Under the pieces are notes generated by a model that had not been told where the DNA came from, did no database searches, and worked only from the letters and a program-made list of their open reading frames with translations. Both the position numbers and the translations under genes were made by a program. 52,423 nt of DNA from a virus: the IMG/VR virus record IMGVR_UViG_3300045988_112931, positions 1 through 52,423 of that record; one strand, 5' to 3'. This document shows, piece after piece, positions 41,980-51,400 of this stretch. Position 1 is the stretch's first letter; each line of letters starts with the position of its first letter.

Positions 41980-42417
41980 CTAAATAAATTCTTGATTTCT
42001 TTGTATTTCCTGCTGGGCGTATATCAGCATTTGATGTTCATTTGCAGCCGGCAGATAGATACCTGCCACTGATGCACTCCAATTACGGAAACGGTCAATA
42101 CTCAAAGTCATTTCACCTGTTGTCAGTTCGGCAGAACTGCGTAAATAGGTTACTTCATTGCCTTTCTTGTTGACCGTCTTACGTTCAAACAAATCACGGT
42201 TGCAAGTCCTCTTATAAAAATCAATTTTTGCTTCATCGAGGCTGCAACCGTATTCACTACCGAAATACCCTAAAAGAAGATGCAAGTAGCTGTTTTGGGC
42301 AAGCGTGCGGTTAGGAAGCTTCTTTTTTACTTCCACAACGGCCCGCTCCTTGAACAGTTTATTTACATACTCCTTAAACTTGGGTATTTGGTATTCATTT
42401 TTCAAGTCGTATATCAT
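41980..42417 (-). CDS. ninB: NinB-like protein
   Basis: NRTLAQNSYLHLLLGYFG resembles the NinB RSLDQN-KLW motif. It sits in a recombination-gene context. Confidence 0.45.
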   Translation of the reverse strand: MIYDLKNEYQIPKFKEYVNKLFKERAVVEVKKKLPNRTLAQNSYLHLLLGYFGSEYGCSLDEAKIDFYKRTCNRDLFERKTVNKKGNEVTYLRSSAELTTGEMTLSIDRFRNWSASVAGIYLPAANEHQMLIYAQQEIQRNQEFI

Positions 42418-43190
42418 CCATTTCCAAAGATTTTAGTATCGGTTATAAGTGCTCTGTTTTCTTCCAAGAACCGGATAAACTCCTCACAATGATTAGTAAG
42501 AATAGGAATATCACGTTCAGGATTGAAAACGTATGTTTCTGTATAGGTATCTACCACATAGCCGCCTTTGTTGAACTCTACAATGTTATACTCAAATGTC
42601 CGTACATCAGAACCGTTCTTCATTAAAGCGTATGGATATACTAAATGCTGGTGGTGATCTTTGAACTTTCCCACGGTATAACTACCGGTTGTTTTGATGT
42701 CGTGAACACTGGTAGGCATCAGTTCGTCAATCAGACCGCAAACCAATACATTGCCGTATGCAGTCGGAAGGATTGCCTCTACACGTTGCTGCGTCAACGC
42801 CCCTTTGTAGTAATTTGCGAACTCACGACAAAGGGATATAGGAAAGACAAATGAACGATTGTTATAAACGGCTTTCAAGGCTATAACCTTTTGCTCGCCA
42901 TTCCCTATATCAGAATATATCTTTTCTACCTGCACCGTTTCAGATTTCCGGTTCTCAATCATACAGTCAATGACCTCATTAAAAGCCGTACCCTTGTCGG
43001 CAACTTCGCTGTCAAACGGTTTACGGTTAATACGGTCTATCAGTTCTTGGAACTGCTTCTGCTGAAACTCTTCTTCTGTACAAGGCGGATTCTCACTCCA
43101 CCCATAATAACGCTCATATATGACATCGCTATTAAGGTAATTGAAGTAAGAATCCAATAATGTAGCATATATCTTATACTTAGGCTGCAT
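42414..43190 (-). CDS. PD-(D/E)XK-family nuclease (phage exonuclease-like)
   Basis: GLIDELMP...VHDIKTTG fits a D...(D/E)xK arrangement. It is adjacent to the Sak4-like ATPase. Confidence 0.5.
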   Translation of the reverse strand: MQPKYKIYATLLDSYFNYLNSDVIYERYYGWSENPPCTEEEFQQKQFQELIDRINRKPFDSEVADKGTAFNEVIDCMIENRKSETVQVEKIYSDIGNGEQKVIALKAVYNNRSFVFPISLCREFANYYKGALTQQRVEAILPTAYGNVLVCGLIDELMPTSVHDIKTTGSYTVGKFKDHHQHLVYPYALMKNGSDVRTFEYNIVEFNKGGYVVDTYTETYVFNPERDIPILTNHCEEFIRFLEENRALITDTKIFGNG

Positions 43191-44112
43191 CTGAATAAGT
43201 TTTAGTCTCTTTGTTAAAAATCAGTCCTAATTCTTTCGCCTTAGCTGCCAACATCATTGAGGCTTTCATCTTTGAACTTCCCACATGGTTGAAATCATCA
43301 ATATGGGCGATAAAGTCATTCGCTGAAGCTGCGTCGGCAACTAATTCTAAACAACCTGTTATATCAGATAGCACTTTGTTATATGCTTCTTGTTCAGCCT
43401 TTTTTGATTGCAACATAGTAAGATATGGAGCAATAATCCGAGTAGAGATAAAATCATTCTTGGTCGTCGGATTGCCGTTTTTGTCAAGGATGGTAGGTAC
43501 TTCCATCACTGAAGGCAAGTTACAAGTATTCTTTCCGTCATTCCTTGATGTCGGATCGAAAGTAATAGTACGTCTCTGCACTCCTCTCTCACTCTTCATT
43601 TCCAAGTAACCTAACAAATCAAGTTCGGTGACGATGGAGTTGTAGGACTTCTCACGTAAGGCAGGAATAAACACCGTATCATCACCCTCTTTTCTTGTGT
43701 CACGATGGGCAACAAAAATGATATGTTTCTTCAGACTTGATAGCGTTCTTGTCATCCAAGAAAATTCAGCATTGATACCGCCCCAATCTCGAATAGATGG
43801 CTGCCTGGTTCCACATTTATAAGTGATGATAAAATCCATCATCTTACCAATGGTATCAACCACAATAGTCTGATAAACAGACAAATCTTCTTGCAAAACC
43901 AGCTGAACATCATTCCAAGAAGTGACCTGCACAGTGTCAATATTCTCCAAATGAGCCATATTCATACGCTTAACACCATTGTCAAAATCCAACAACAGAG
44001 GCTTTGGTGCACTCAAAGCTACTGTGCTCTTACCCATACCTGCTTGACCGTAAATCATCATCTTTACGTTTGTTGGAATATTCAATTCCGTTGATTTTCT
44101 GATTAAACTCAT
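43180..44112 (-). CDS. AAA_24 / Sak4-like recombination ATPase
   Basis: Walker A IYGQAGMGKST followed by LLLDFDNG, and Walker B-like IVVDTIG. Confidence 0.75.
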   Translation of the reverse strand: MSLIRKSTELNIPTNVKMMIYGQAGMGKSTVALSAPKPLLLDFDNGVKRMNMAHLENIDTVQVTSWNDVQLVLQEDLSVYQTIVVDTIGKMMDFIITYKCGTRQPSIRDWGGINAEFSWMTRTLSSLKKHIIFVAHRDTRKEGDDTVFIPALREKSYNSIVTELDLLGYLEMKSERGVQRRTITFDPTSRNDGKNTCNLPSVMEVPTILDKNGNPTTKNDFISTRIIAPYLTMLQSKKAEQEAYNKVLSDITGCLELVADAASANDFIAHIDDFNHVGSSKMKASMMLAAKAKELGLIFNKETKTYSDAA

Positions 44113-44136
44113 GATTGTTATATTTTTAGTTAGTAA

Positions 44137-44418
44137 TTATATTAGAGACTTCAATAAAGGATCTATACCATCCTTCAATTCTTTAAGTTTCTTCAGCGAA
44201 TAAACTTTAGGACTATTCCTATGTACACCAGCCCTTTTCCAAGTCAATGCTCCCGTAGCGCACTGATGAGCCAACCACCTTCTACCAAATCCAAGTCGTA
44301 TAGCTTGCGTTTCCGTAATCTCATCAATGACCGGATCCTTGGAGATCGCATATTCGCTGACAGCTTCTTTCGCGGCCGCTTTTATTATTTTCTGTAATTG
44401 CCAAACGTCAAGTTCCAT
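44137..44418 (-). CDS. Hypothetical small DNA-binding-like protein
   Basis: 93-aa ORF. Only a weak HTH impression. Confidence 0.4.
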   Translation of the reverse strand: MELDVWQLQKIIKAAAKEAVSEYAISKDPVIDEITETQAIRLGFGRRWLAHQCATGALTWKRAGVHRNSPKVYSLKKLKELKDGIDPLLKSLI

Positions 44419-44806
44419 ATAATAAAGGCATATTACGCCCTCTAATTCTTACACGAACACGGGCGATAAGTTCTACATTGGCATTAGAACGGGTTCGGAT
44501 TTGTTGCCGTTTCATGTCTAAATGACTATCAACACAAAGAATAATCAAAAGTACACAAGCAACAAATGATCTCATGGCCGGCGAAAAGTCCAGCGTCAAC
44601 CGGATACCTGATATCCTCTCGGCTAACTTTAATGCCAACTCCCTCCCATTCCGAACACCCAAAATTAAAAATGCTGTCTGAAGCTGGTTATTTATCGTAC
44701 TTACTGCACGATGCTTCAATACGGCAATCTCCTTTTTTTCATACCCGGCTGCGTACATTTGTGCTGTAATGTCACATTCGGGCGTTAACTCGGTAAATAC
44801 TTTCAT
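44408..44806 (-). CDS. LuxR/GerE-type HTH protein with a C-terminal hydrophobic segment
   Basis: YAAGYEKKEIAVLKHRAVSTINNQLQTAFLILGVRNGRELA is GerE-like. It is followed by FVACVLLIILCV. Confidence 0.5.
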   Translation of the reverse strand: MKVFTELTPECDITAQMYAAGYEKKEIAVLKHRAVSTINNQLQTAFLILGVRNGRELALKLAERISGIRLTLDFSPAMRSFVACVLLIILCVDSHLDMKRQQIRTRSNANVELIARVRVRIRGRNMPLLYGT

Positions 44807-44830
44807 AATCGTGTGTATTTAAAGTTTGAA

Positions 44831-45139
44831 TCAGGAATCTCTAAATACTGTAACTATCCCTTTCGGAACATTAGTTTCCGATCTCCACTTATGTCCATTT
44901 TTGTACCCTTGTGCATTAAGCAATGAAACATTGTTGCGCACTGTGCAGACTTTATCGATAGGAAATTCTACTTTCTTCCCTTTCTTTAAGTCTCTCATAC
45001 GAGGCATAATTTCCACTTTTTTCTCCATAAACTGATTATATTTAATTGAATGTGGACGGAACCGGTAACGATCCGGCATACACACTTCCGGCTGTGTGCA
45101 GAGCATTCCATACGCCCGCCCGTTTGCCGGGGTTTTCAC
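44831..45139 (-). CDS. Hypothetical protein (start uncertain; possibly the ATG at 45028)
   Basis: The ORF track uses a GTG start. The 5' third overlaps a GC-rich, hairpin-rich segment. Confidence 0.4.
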   Translation of the reverse strand: MKTPANGRAYGMLCTQPEVCMPDRYRFRPHSIKYNQFMEKKVEIMPRMRDLKKGKKVEFPIDKVCTVRNNVSLLNAQGYKNGHKWRSETNVPKGIVTVFRDS

Positions 45140-45173
45140 CCGGCTGCTTTTGCTAACCTAAACACAAAACGAA

Positions 45174-45371
45174 TTAAACAACTTCAAGAAAAGCCTTAAT
45201 AGCCAACATTTTCTTTTCAGCTAACACTTTGGCAGCTTCTTCTCGATTTTTCCAATCTTTATAAAGTTCGAGGTCCTTTTTTGTACTTTCGAGGTCTTTA
45301 TTAAGAGACGACACCAATTCAATCAGTTCCTCTCTTGTCATTTCTTCAATACCTTTTGTTTCCATATACAT
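45174..45371 (-). CDS. Small coiled-coil protein
   Basis: 65-aa ORF rich in E/K/L. Confidence 0.45.
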   Translation of the reverse strand: MYMETKGIEEMTREELIELVSSLNKDLESTKKDLELYKDWKNREEAAKVLAEKKMLAIKAFLEVV

Positions 45372-45383
45372 TATTATTAATAG

Positions 45384-45548
45384 TTACCAACTTTTTTCTT
45401 TATAAATGGCGATCATTAGAATAACCGACATCACGAATGTTAATACGTGAAACGGATTAAAGAACATGCCAACAAAACAGGTAGCCGACATCAGTACTGC
45501 GCAGATGAATAAAATTAGCTGCACTCTTGAATAAAAAATTACCTTCAT
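45384..45548 (-). CDS. Possible 54-aa membrane protein with 2 TM segments (not in the ORF track)
   Basis: Hand translation gives MKVIFYSRVQLILFICAVLMSATCFVGMFFNPFHVLTFVMSVILMIAIYKEKSW*. Confidence 0.4.
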   Translation of the reverse strand: MKVIFYSRVQLILFICAVLMSATCFVGMFFNPFHVLTFVMSVILMIAIYKEKSW

Positions 45549-45654
45549 GACTGTTTGATTTGATTTGTGCCCTCCGGCTGATTCGATCAGTAGCTTCGCG
45601 CCTCTTCAGAGGGTTTTCTTAACTTTGTGGTGCAAACTTTAAAAATTAAGAAGT

Positions 45655-45975
45655 ATGAAATCAGAAAAGTACCTGAGCATGGCTAAAGACATTCGTTCTA
45701 AAGTCGAAGATTTACTTGACGAGTATAACACCTTTGAACCATCAATAAGCAAGATGTTTCTTGATGGACAACCGTTATATGAACAAGCTATAAAATTTAC
45801 CCACTTGGTTTATTCATTTGATCCAAATCTGCCTTTAAATAGAGAGTTGGTAGATCTGCCAAATAAATGCAAAGGGTGTATAATTAAAACGTTTCCGCAA
45901 GAAAACGATGTCTTTAAAAATTTCTTGTTCCTTTTGAAATGCTTCACTGATTATCTGGAGACTTTTCATGACTAA
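45655..45975 (+). CDS. Hypothetical protein, the only + strand ORF in the early region
   Basis: 106-aa ORF. It converges with and overlaps 45944..46141 by 32 nt. Confidence 0.45.
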   Translation: MKSEKYLSMAKDIRSKVEDLLDEYNTFEPSISKMFLDGQPLYEQAIKFTHLVYSFDPNLPLNRELVDLPNKCKGCIIKTFPQENDVFKNFLFLLKCFTDYLETFHD

Positions 45976-46141
45976 CTTTCTCTCCACGTAAAAGGTCCAA
46001 GTAAGAAGTAACCGCTTTCTCGGCATCTTCTTTTATGTACTCCAAATTTTTCAGACAATTGATTGGCAAATCTTCAACATGTATGGATATTGTCAATTGA
46101 TTGTCTTTTTCTTGATGTTTTAGTTCAATGTTGTAATTCAT
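45944..46141 (-). CDS. Hypothetical small protein
   Basis: 65-aa ORF starting 17 nt after the upstream stop. Confidence 0.4.
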   Translation of the reverse strand: MNYNIELKHQEKDNQLTISIHVEDLPINCLKNLEYIKEDAEKAVTSYLDLLRGEKVSHEKSPDNQ

Positions 46142-46158
46142 GTGCTATGATATTTTAA

Positions 46159-46509
46159 TTATCTTTTCTTCTTGCTTATTATTTCAAACCTCACAACGCC
46201 AAGTTCTGTATATGCGCCGTATTCAATCCAATATGTCCCACGAGCCGCGTTTATTTTAGGATCATATTTACTATCAAATAATAGCGTCTTTGTGCTACCA
46301 TCAATATAATGCGCACTTACTTTATATTCATAAATAGGCATTTTGGAGTACCTATAAAGGCCTATAGCAAAAACTATAAGACCTGATATAGCGACAGCTA
46401 TTAAAAAGTTTCTTATAATAAGATAAGGTTTGTAACCATCGGCATATTGATGAAAAAAAAGTGCTCCAAAAGCACCACCTGCGAATATAAATACACCTAA
46501 AACTTCCAT
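46159..46509 (-). CDS. Membrane protein (2 TM)
   Basis: I prefer the start at M47 (MEVLGVFIFAGGAFGALFF...). The upstream part of the ORF track entry looks non-coding. Confidence 0.5.
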   Translation of the reverse strand: MEVLGVFIFAGGAFGALFFHQYADGYKPYLIIRNFLIAVAISGLIVFAIGLYRYSKMPIYEYKVSAHYIDGSTKTLLFDSKYDPKINAARGTYWIEYGAYTELGVVRFEIISKKKR

Positions 46510-46780
46510 ATCATTTATTTTATTTGTACCCGGCAGCCCATCCGATAGGCAGCGTCGCGCTTTCAGAACCAGGTTGTATTTTGAAAAGAGGCAACGGTTA
46601 ACCAATGTCTGACACATAACACCGCAAGGAACTTGCCCCTTTGACAATTCTTTTATCTATAATGTATCCCTGTGGGTCATGGCTCAAAGCTCACCACGTT
46701 TATACATTATACTTTGTAATCCTTTCGCTTAAACTCCATTTCTGCGAGTGCTAAGGTTGAAATAAGACAAAGAACTTACT

Positions 46781-46852
46781 GTGGGCATCCGGGAATCGAA
46801 CCCGGTCAGAAACGCCTTTCTTCACCAGCCGAACACTTTCGGCTCATGCCCT
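46781..46852 (-). ncRNA. tRNA-like element (72 nt) with intact acceptor, D-like and T arms but an aberrant anticodon arm
   Basis: AGGGCAT-GA-GCCG-AAAGTGTT-CGGC-T-...-CCGGG-TTCGATT-CCCGG-ATGCCCA-C. No 5-bp stem with a 7-nt U33 anticodon loop can be drawn; AGAAA-GGCG-TTTCT forms instead. Confidence 0.35.
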
Positions 46853-46857
46853 TTGCT

Positions 46858-47175
46858 TTAGTAAATCGTTATGAAGTTTTCTACTTTGAACGATCTGAAT
46901 CCGTTCGCCTCAATATCGAAATAGCGAACCGTCTTGTAGTTTTCAGAACCAGTACCTTTGATAAGATTCTGAATGTCTTTAAGCGTACCTTTGGCTTTGC
47001 GAAGTGAACCATCAGACTTTTCATAGGCGAATGATACGATACCTTTGTGCATTTGTTTTGTCAAACGGTACAATGCCCATGCGCGTGAAAGACATACCGC
47101 GAACGCTTTACCTGTTGCTTTCATAAGTTCGTAAGCCATGCAAAATACTTTGTGTCTAAAATTTGAAGTTTTCAT
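46858..47175 (-). CDS. Hypothetical protein
   Basis: I prefer the start at M10 (ATG 47175, MKTSNFRHK...) because it carries the ACACACGATTATG leader. Confidence 0.5.
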   Translation of the reverse strand: MKTSNFRHKVFCMAYELMKATGKAFAVCLSRAWALYRLTKQMHKGIVSFAYEKSDGSLRKAKGTLKDIQNLIKGTGSENYKTVRYFDIEANGFRSFKVENFITIY

Positions 47176-47205
47176 AATCGTGTGTATATTAAAGTAGTCC
47201 AAAGA

Positions 47206-47490
47206 CTACCGGTTAAAACTTGATACAATGTGGTGAAACTTTGCTTTATCCACCCCTCTAAATGAGGCTTCATTAAGAATGTGATCAGCGACATTATCAT
47301 TAACCTTGATTGCCTTTAGCGTATTAATATCAATATGATAAGGTTCGTCGGTTGGCTTTGCGAGAGGCACGTAGCCTGTAAACGGAAAATTTCGTCTGCC
47401 GATTGGCCAAACTATATAACCATGAGGATATTCATCTACAATCTCGAAAATATCTTTACGATTGTAATTCTCAGTAACTAATATATTCAT
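47206..47490 (-). CDS. Hypothetical early protein
   Basis: 94-aa ORF with the ACACACGATTATG leader. Confidence 0.5.
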   Translation of the reverse strand: MNILVTENYNRKDIFEIVDEYPHGYIVWPIGRRNFPFTGYVPLAKPTDEPYHIDINTLKAIKVNDNVADHILNEASFRGVDKAKFHHIVSSFNR

Positions 47491-47509
47491 AATCGTGTGT
47501 GTTTATGTG

Positions 47510-47767
47510 TTAGTATAAATAGTTGTTCATTGCTTCGTAGCCACCAAATATTTCGGCAACAGGATCGTTAGACCAATCCAGTGGGGTGAGATATTCAACC
47601 TCTCTTTCGAGAGTTTCTATTTCATCAGAGAGGATTTTCACGATCTCTGACTTGCTGTCTACATTATATACATAGCAGACTTCTTCTTCGCTAATCGTGC
47701 TCAACGCTTCTAACTCGCCTCTTTTGTTTTCGAGTTCTGCTAATGCTGTTTCATAAGATCGTGCCAT
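47510..47767 (-). CDS. Hypothetical early protein (acidic, coiled-coil)
   Basis: 85-aa ORF, the first gene after the promoter at 47849-47856. Confidence 0.5.
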   Translation of the reverse strand: MARSYETALAELENKRGELEALSTISEEEVCYVYNVDSKSEIVKILSDEIETLEREVEYLTPLDWSNDPVAEIFGGYEAMNNYLY

Positions 47768-47848
47768 AATCGTGTATTTTAATATGTTCGTACTATTGCT
47801 TTACTCAACACGATCGCTTACCTTTGCTTTCGTGATTGATTGATGATG

Positions 47849-47856
47849 CAAAGATA
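47849..47856 (-). promoter_or_regulatory. -7 box TATCTTTG (TAnnTTTG), early promoter candidate
   Basis: CAAAGATA on the + strand, in a 270-bp AT-rich intergenic region just downstream of a terminator. Confidence 0.5.
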
Positions 47857-47997
47857 TGAACTTAATTATAATCCGCAAAACCAAAAATCAAGATTTCAAA
47901 AACGAAAAATCAAAAAAAACGGCAAACGATTTGTTGATAGCCTTTATAGTCTAATTGATTTGAAGACCATTTGAAAGTCTTTTAAAAGGGAGGGTCT

Positions 47998-48031
47998 ATA
48001 AAGAAGCAAGGCGAACCTTTCCGTTCGCCTT
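47998..48031 (-). terminator. Rho-independent terminator at the end of the late/tail operon
   Basis: On the minus strand, AAGGCGAAC-ggaaag-GTTCGCCTT is followed by GCTTCTTTAT. Confidence 0.7.
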
Positions 48032-48038
48032 GGTAGAG

Positions 48039-48404
48039 TCAGAGTGTATCGGTAGATGCTGAAGCACTCTCTTTCGTTGCTTCATCCAAGATCTTCACGT
48101 ATGTGGGCATAGTGAACTCTGAAAACATACCGTTTCGATCAATAAATTCAACACGGCTTTTGAGATAGGCTAATTCTTCATCCGTCAATGAGATTTCAAC
48201 CGTATCGGTGATAGAAGCCGCATCGGTAAATCCGATGTTGATTTGACCACTCCCCATATCCTTGATAACGATACGCTTCTGATCAACCTCCGAGATCGCT
48301 ATCTTACTGTCTATCGATACTTTCAGTTCCATGTTTTTTCTCGTGTCAAACTGTGGCAACACGGTGTTGAGTATTAATACTCGATCTTTTAATGTTAGTT
48401 CCAT
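48039..48404 (-). CDS. Hypothetical tail-associated protein
   Basis: 121-aa ORF directly after the Tal-like gene. Confidence 0.5.
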   Translation of the reverse strand: MELTLKDRVLILNTVLPQFDTRKNMELKVSIDSKIAISEVDQKRIVIKDMGSGQINIGFTDAASITDTVEISLTDEELAYLKSRVEFIDRNGMFSEFTMPTYVKILDEATKESASASTDTL

Positions 48405-48428
48405 ACTATTATTTTAATGATGTTATTG

Positions 48429-51400
48429 TCAAAAGTTCTTGTTAAACAAGTACCATGTTTGATTAATATATGCGAATGTAGCGCAATCGCCTTTACGCAT
48501 ATCAAGAGTTATCGAGTCTCCGTTTTCATTTACTAACGGAGTATTTGTGTCTTCGGGTCGTACACATATCGCATCAGTTGCGTGTCTCGAAACTATTACA
48601 TGTATGAATATGACAGAATTATAACCGATTTCACTCCAGGAATCTCCATAATCGTTGTAAACAGTTCCCATTTTACTTGAGACAGTATTTCGAGAAGGTA
48701 GATAAACGTTAATATATGACGTTGGTTGAAAGAGATAGGTATCCATATAACCTATATCGTTTATAATCGCATTAGTCTTTGCCCCCGGTCTGACATATCT
48801 TGCGGTCGATATCGCACCATTCAGTCTTAACCCCCCATTGCAGAATAATGCGTAGTTGCGATAGCCACCATTAACATTTATCACAGCCCCATAATTTATA
48901 TCGTTGTGATTAGTTGTATACTCAAGGCGCATCAAAGCACTTGTTCCCCCAAGCGTAGACGGCAAGGTATTTAGACCTAGGCCGGCCCATTTACCGGAAG
49001 ATGAAAATCCCAAAAACGCATTACTTCCTGATGAATAAAGGAAAAATTTAGAAGACGATTCACCGGAATAGCGGTTATCCGAGAATAGTCCTCCAGACTC
49101 CATCCTAAGTCCTCCGATGTAGGCATCCCCATTTTGATAAACTTTAAACGGGGCATTTGCAGGTGTTGCATTTCCAGCCCAGATTCGAACAGAGTTTCCG
49201 GCTGTTCCACCTCCGGAGAGTCCGGCAAGTTTTTCTCCATTTGAATTTGCAATATAGATACTTCCTCTACTTTCCACGTTTCCATTGCTTTCTACCCGGA
49301 ATGTCGGATCAGTGGGTGGTTGCCCTTTCGCCCCGGCTGTTCCTCCCGACCAAATACGGATTGTACCAGACGCCGACATTCCACCTGTGCTTCCAAAAGC
49401 GATCGCACCCGTAGTTATGAGTCCGCCATTGATCTCCGTTATTGTATTGTCATATTTTGAGGCAAGAACCCATTTAGAACCGCTATATCTATAGATATTC
49501 TCCCCATCCACCCATAAGTCATTTGTCCGCATACCCGATGTTGGAGCCGTCGTTTGATAAAATACCCTTGCCTTGTTATTTGCAGTCAATTGGGCGTTGT
49601 TGGCTACATTTGACGCATTCTCTGCATCCGTCAGGGCATCATTTACCCCATCATACAACGGTTGAAGATTAGGACGGTCGGAAATGTTATTATAACCGGA
49701 TGTTCCGGATTTGAATATCACAGGTCCGGTTATAGTCCCATTCACCAGATCAATCACCAACCGGGCTAACTTGTCCTTTATCAACCCTGTCGTAATCGTC
49801 TGACCAGCTATCTCAGTGTATCCATAATTCGGAAGCCAAGAGCGTACGCCATCCTCCGGAGTATTGAGCACCCCTACCCAGAAATGATAGAACCCTGTTT
49901 CATCCTCTAACTTTATCTGCCGTTCACTGACATATATTGAGCCATTTGTTCCTTCTTTTGGACATTTGGCATAAACATAATAGGCAAGCGAATTATTCAG
50001 CCGGAAAGAAGCCGCCGGAATAGCCCATTCACGGATTTCCTCGCTAACGGTAAAGTGTACTAACTTTCCTGTCGTATTCTTGAAATAGTTGGCATCATTG
50101 TCCGCATTCGGAATAAACTTCATTCCTATAAGCTCCATCTGCTGGGAATTGGTACCGACGATAAGTTGCGCCGTATGCACGGCCAACGGCTTGATAAGTT
50201 CGGTAAAATAATCCCCTTCCGGGTCAAACATCATGCCCAAAGTTTCCATCACGTCCCGCCATGAACGTTTCGTATGTTCCCGAACCGGCTTAACCGCATC
50301 CTCAATCTCTTCCGGCACTTTATTCACATCATCCACCAGATCCTTAAAACCATTCGATTCAAGGAAATCGGACAAGGTAAGTTCATACCGGTATGAAGGT
50401 GTACCGTCTTTCTCGATATACCTTTTTATTTTGGTAACACGAATCTCTCGATCGATATCTAACTGTTCGGAATATACGCCAACCATCTGGCCACAGGCGA
50501 TAAAGATGTTTTGCAAACGAAAAACAATTTCATCACATTTTCCTCGTAACTGGATGCGTTTCTCGCACTTGCCATCCAACCATGCTTGCGCCTCTTCCTG
50601 TAGCTGTAATGAAGCGTTATCCCTGTAGCTTTGCGGCATTTTCAGGCCGGTAAGGATAAACTTGTCACCGACAGAAAAATTAATGTCACCGGGGACTTTC
50701 AAGGCGTTTTCCTGGTCATTCTGCTTTAGTTTGAACTGTTTCAAGTCATTGTCCCAACTGTCTTCAACGATTGCAAGGTCATAGCCAGCCAAGCCGCCAT
50801 CCTGGAATGTAACGATCACTTCCACCCCGTCCAACAGGCAATCGGTAAGATTGAAATCCATATCGGCAGCTCTCAGAGTGTAATCGTCGATCTTTTCTGT
50901 TACGGCAAACTCTCCTTTCGGAAAGATATGGTCGAATTGCATGGACTTTTCTATCCGGCCGTACTTCTCTACATTCTTTTCGATAGAAAGCAGACCATCA
51001 GGCAGAAGAAGATAATCCGCGCCATAATCGGGACCGAGATTCTTATCTGAACCGTATGGATAAAGAACCGTTACTGGTGGCGTATCATCAACAGCGGACA
51101 CTTCCAGTTCGGTAAAACCCATTCCTTCGCCCTGTGCCAAGACAAGGCCGTTGCTTGAATACTCCCTCCTGCCGATATTTATTGTCTGGCCGGATATCCA
51201 GTATTCCGTATCCAATTCTTTAATGAGTTCGTCAAGTACCGTCCCGACTTTCTTATCTTTGAAAGAAAGGGTAACCATCCGGGATTCGATACAGGATCCG
51301 GCCACCCAACCAGATCCTGTACGGTTCATGTTTTTGACAAATAGGGTTAGCCAGTCACGGGCGGTACCGGTGTAATAGTCGAAGTTCTTTTTCCGCTCCG

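Noticed and set aside
46510-46647. N-terminal extensions proposed by the ORF track (46159..46647, 46858..47202, 30295..30510, 29832..30275, 22798..23556, 37323..37967, 26494..28188)
   Set aside because: The extensions use TTG or GTG starts, overlap upstream genes, hairpins or promoter boxes, or have non-protein-like composition. The internal ATGs carry the recurrent leader motif or SD sites, and they give products of the length expected for the family.
46781-46852. A bona fide tRNA gene
   Set aside because: The acceptor, D-like and T arms are present. No 5-bp anticodon stem with a 7-nt loop (U33) can be formed, and position 1-72 is an A-A mismatch. I report it as tRNA-like or pseudo-tRNA only.
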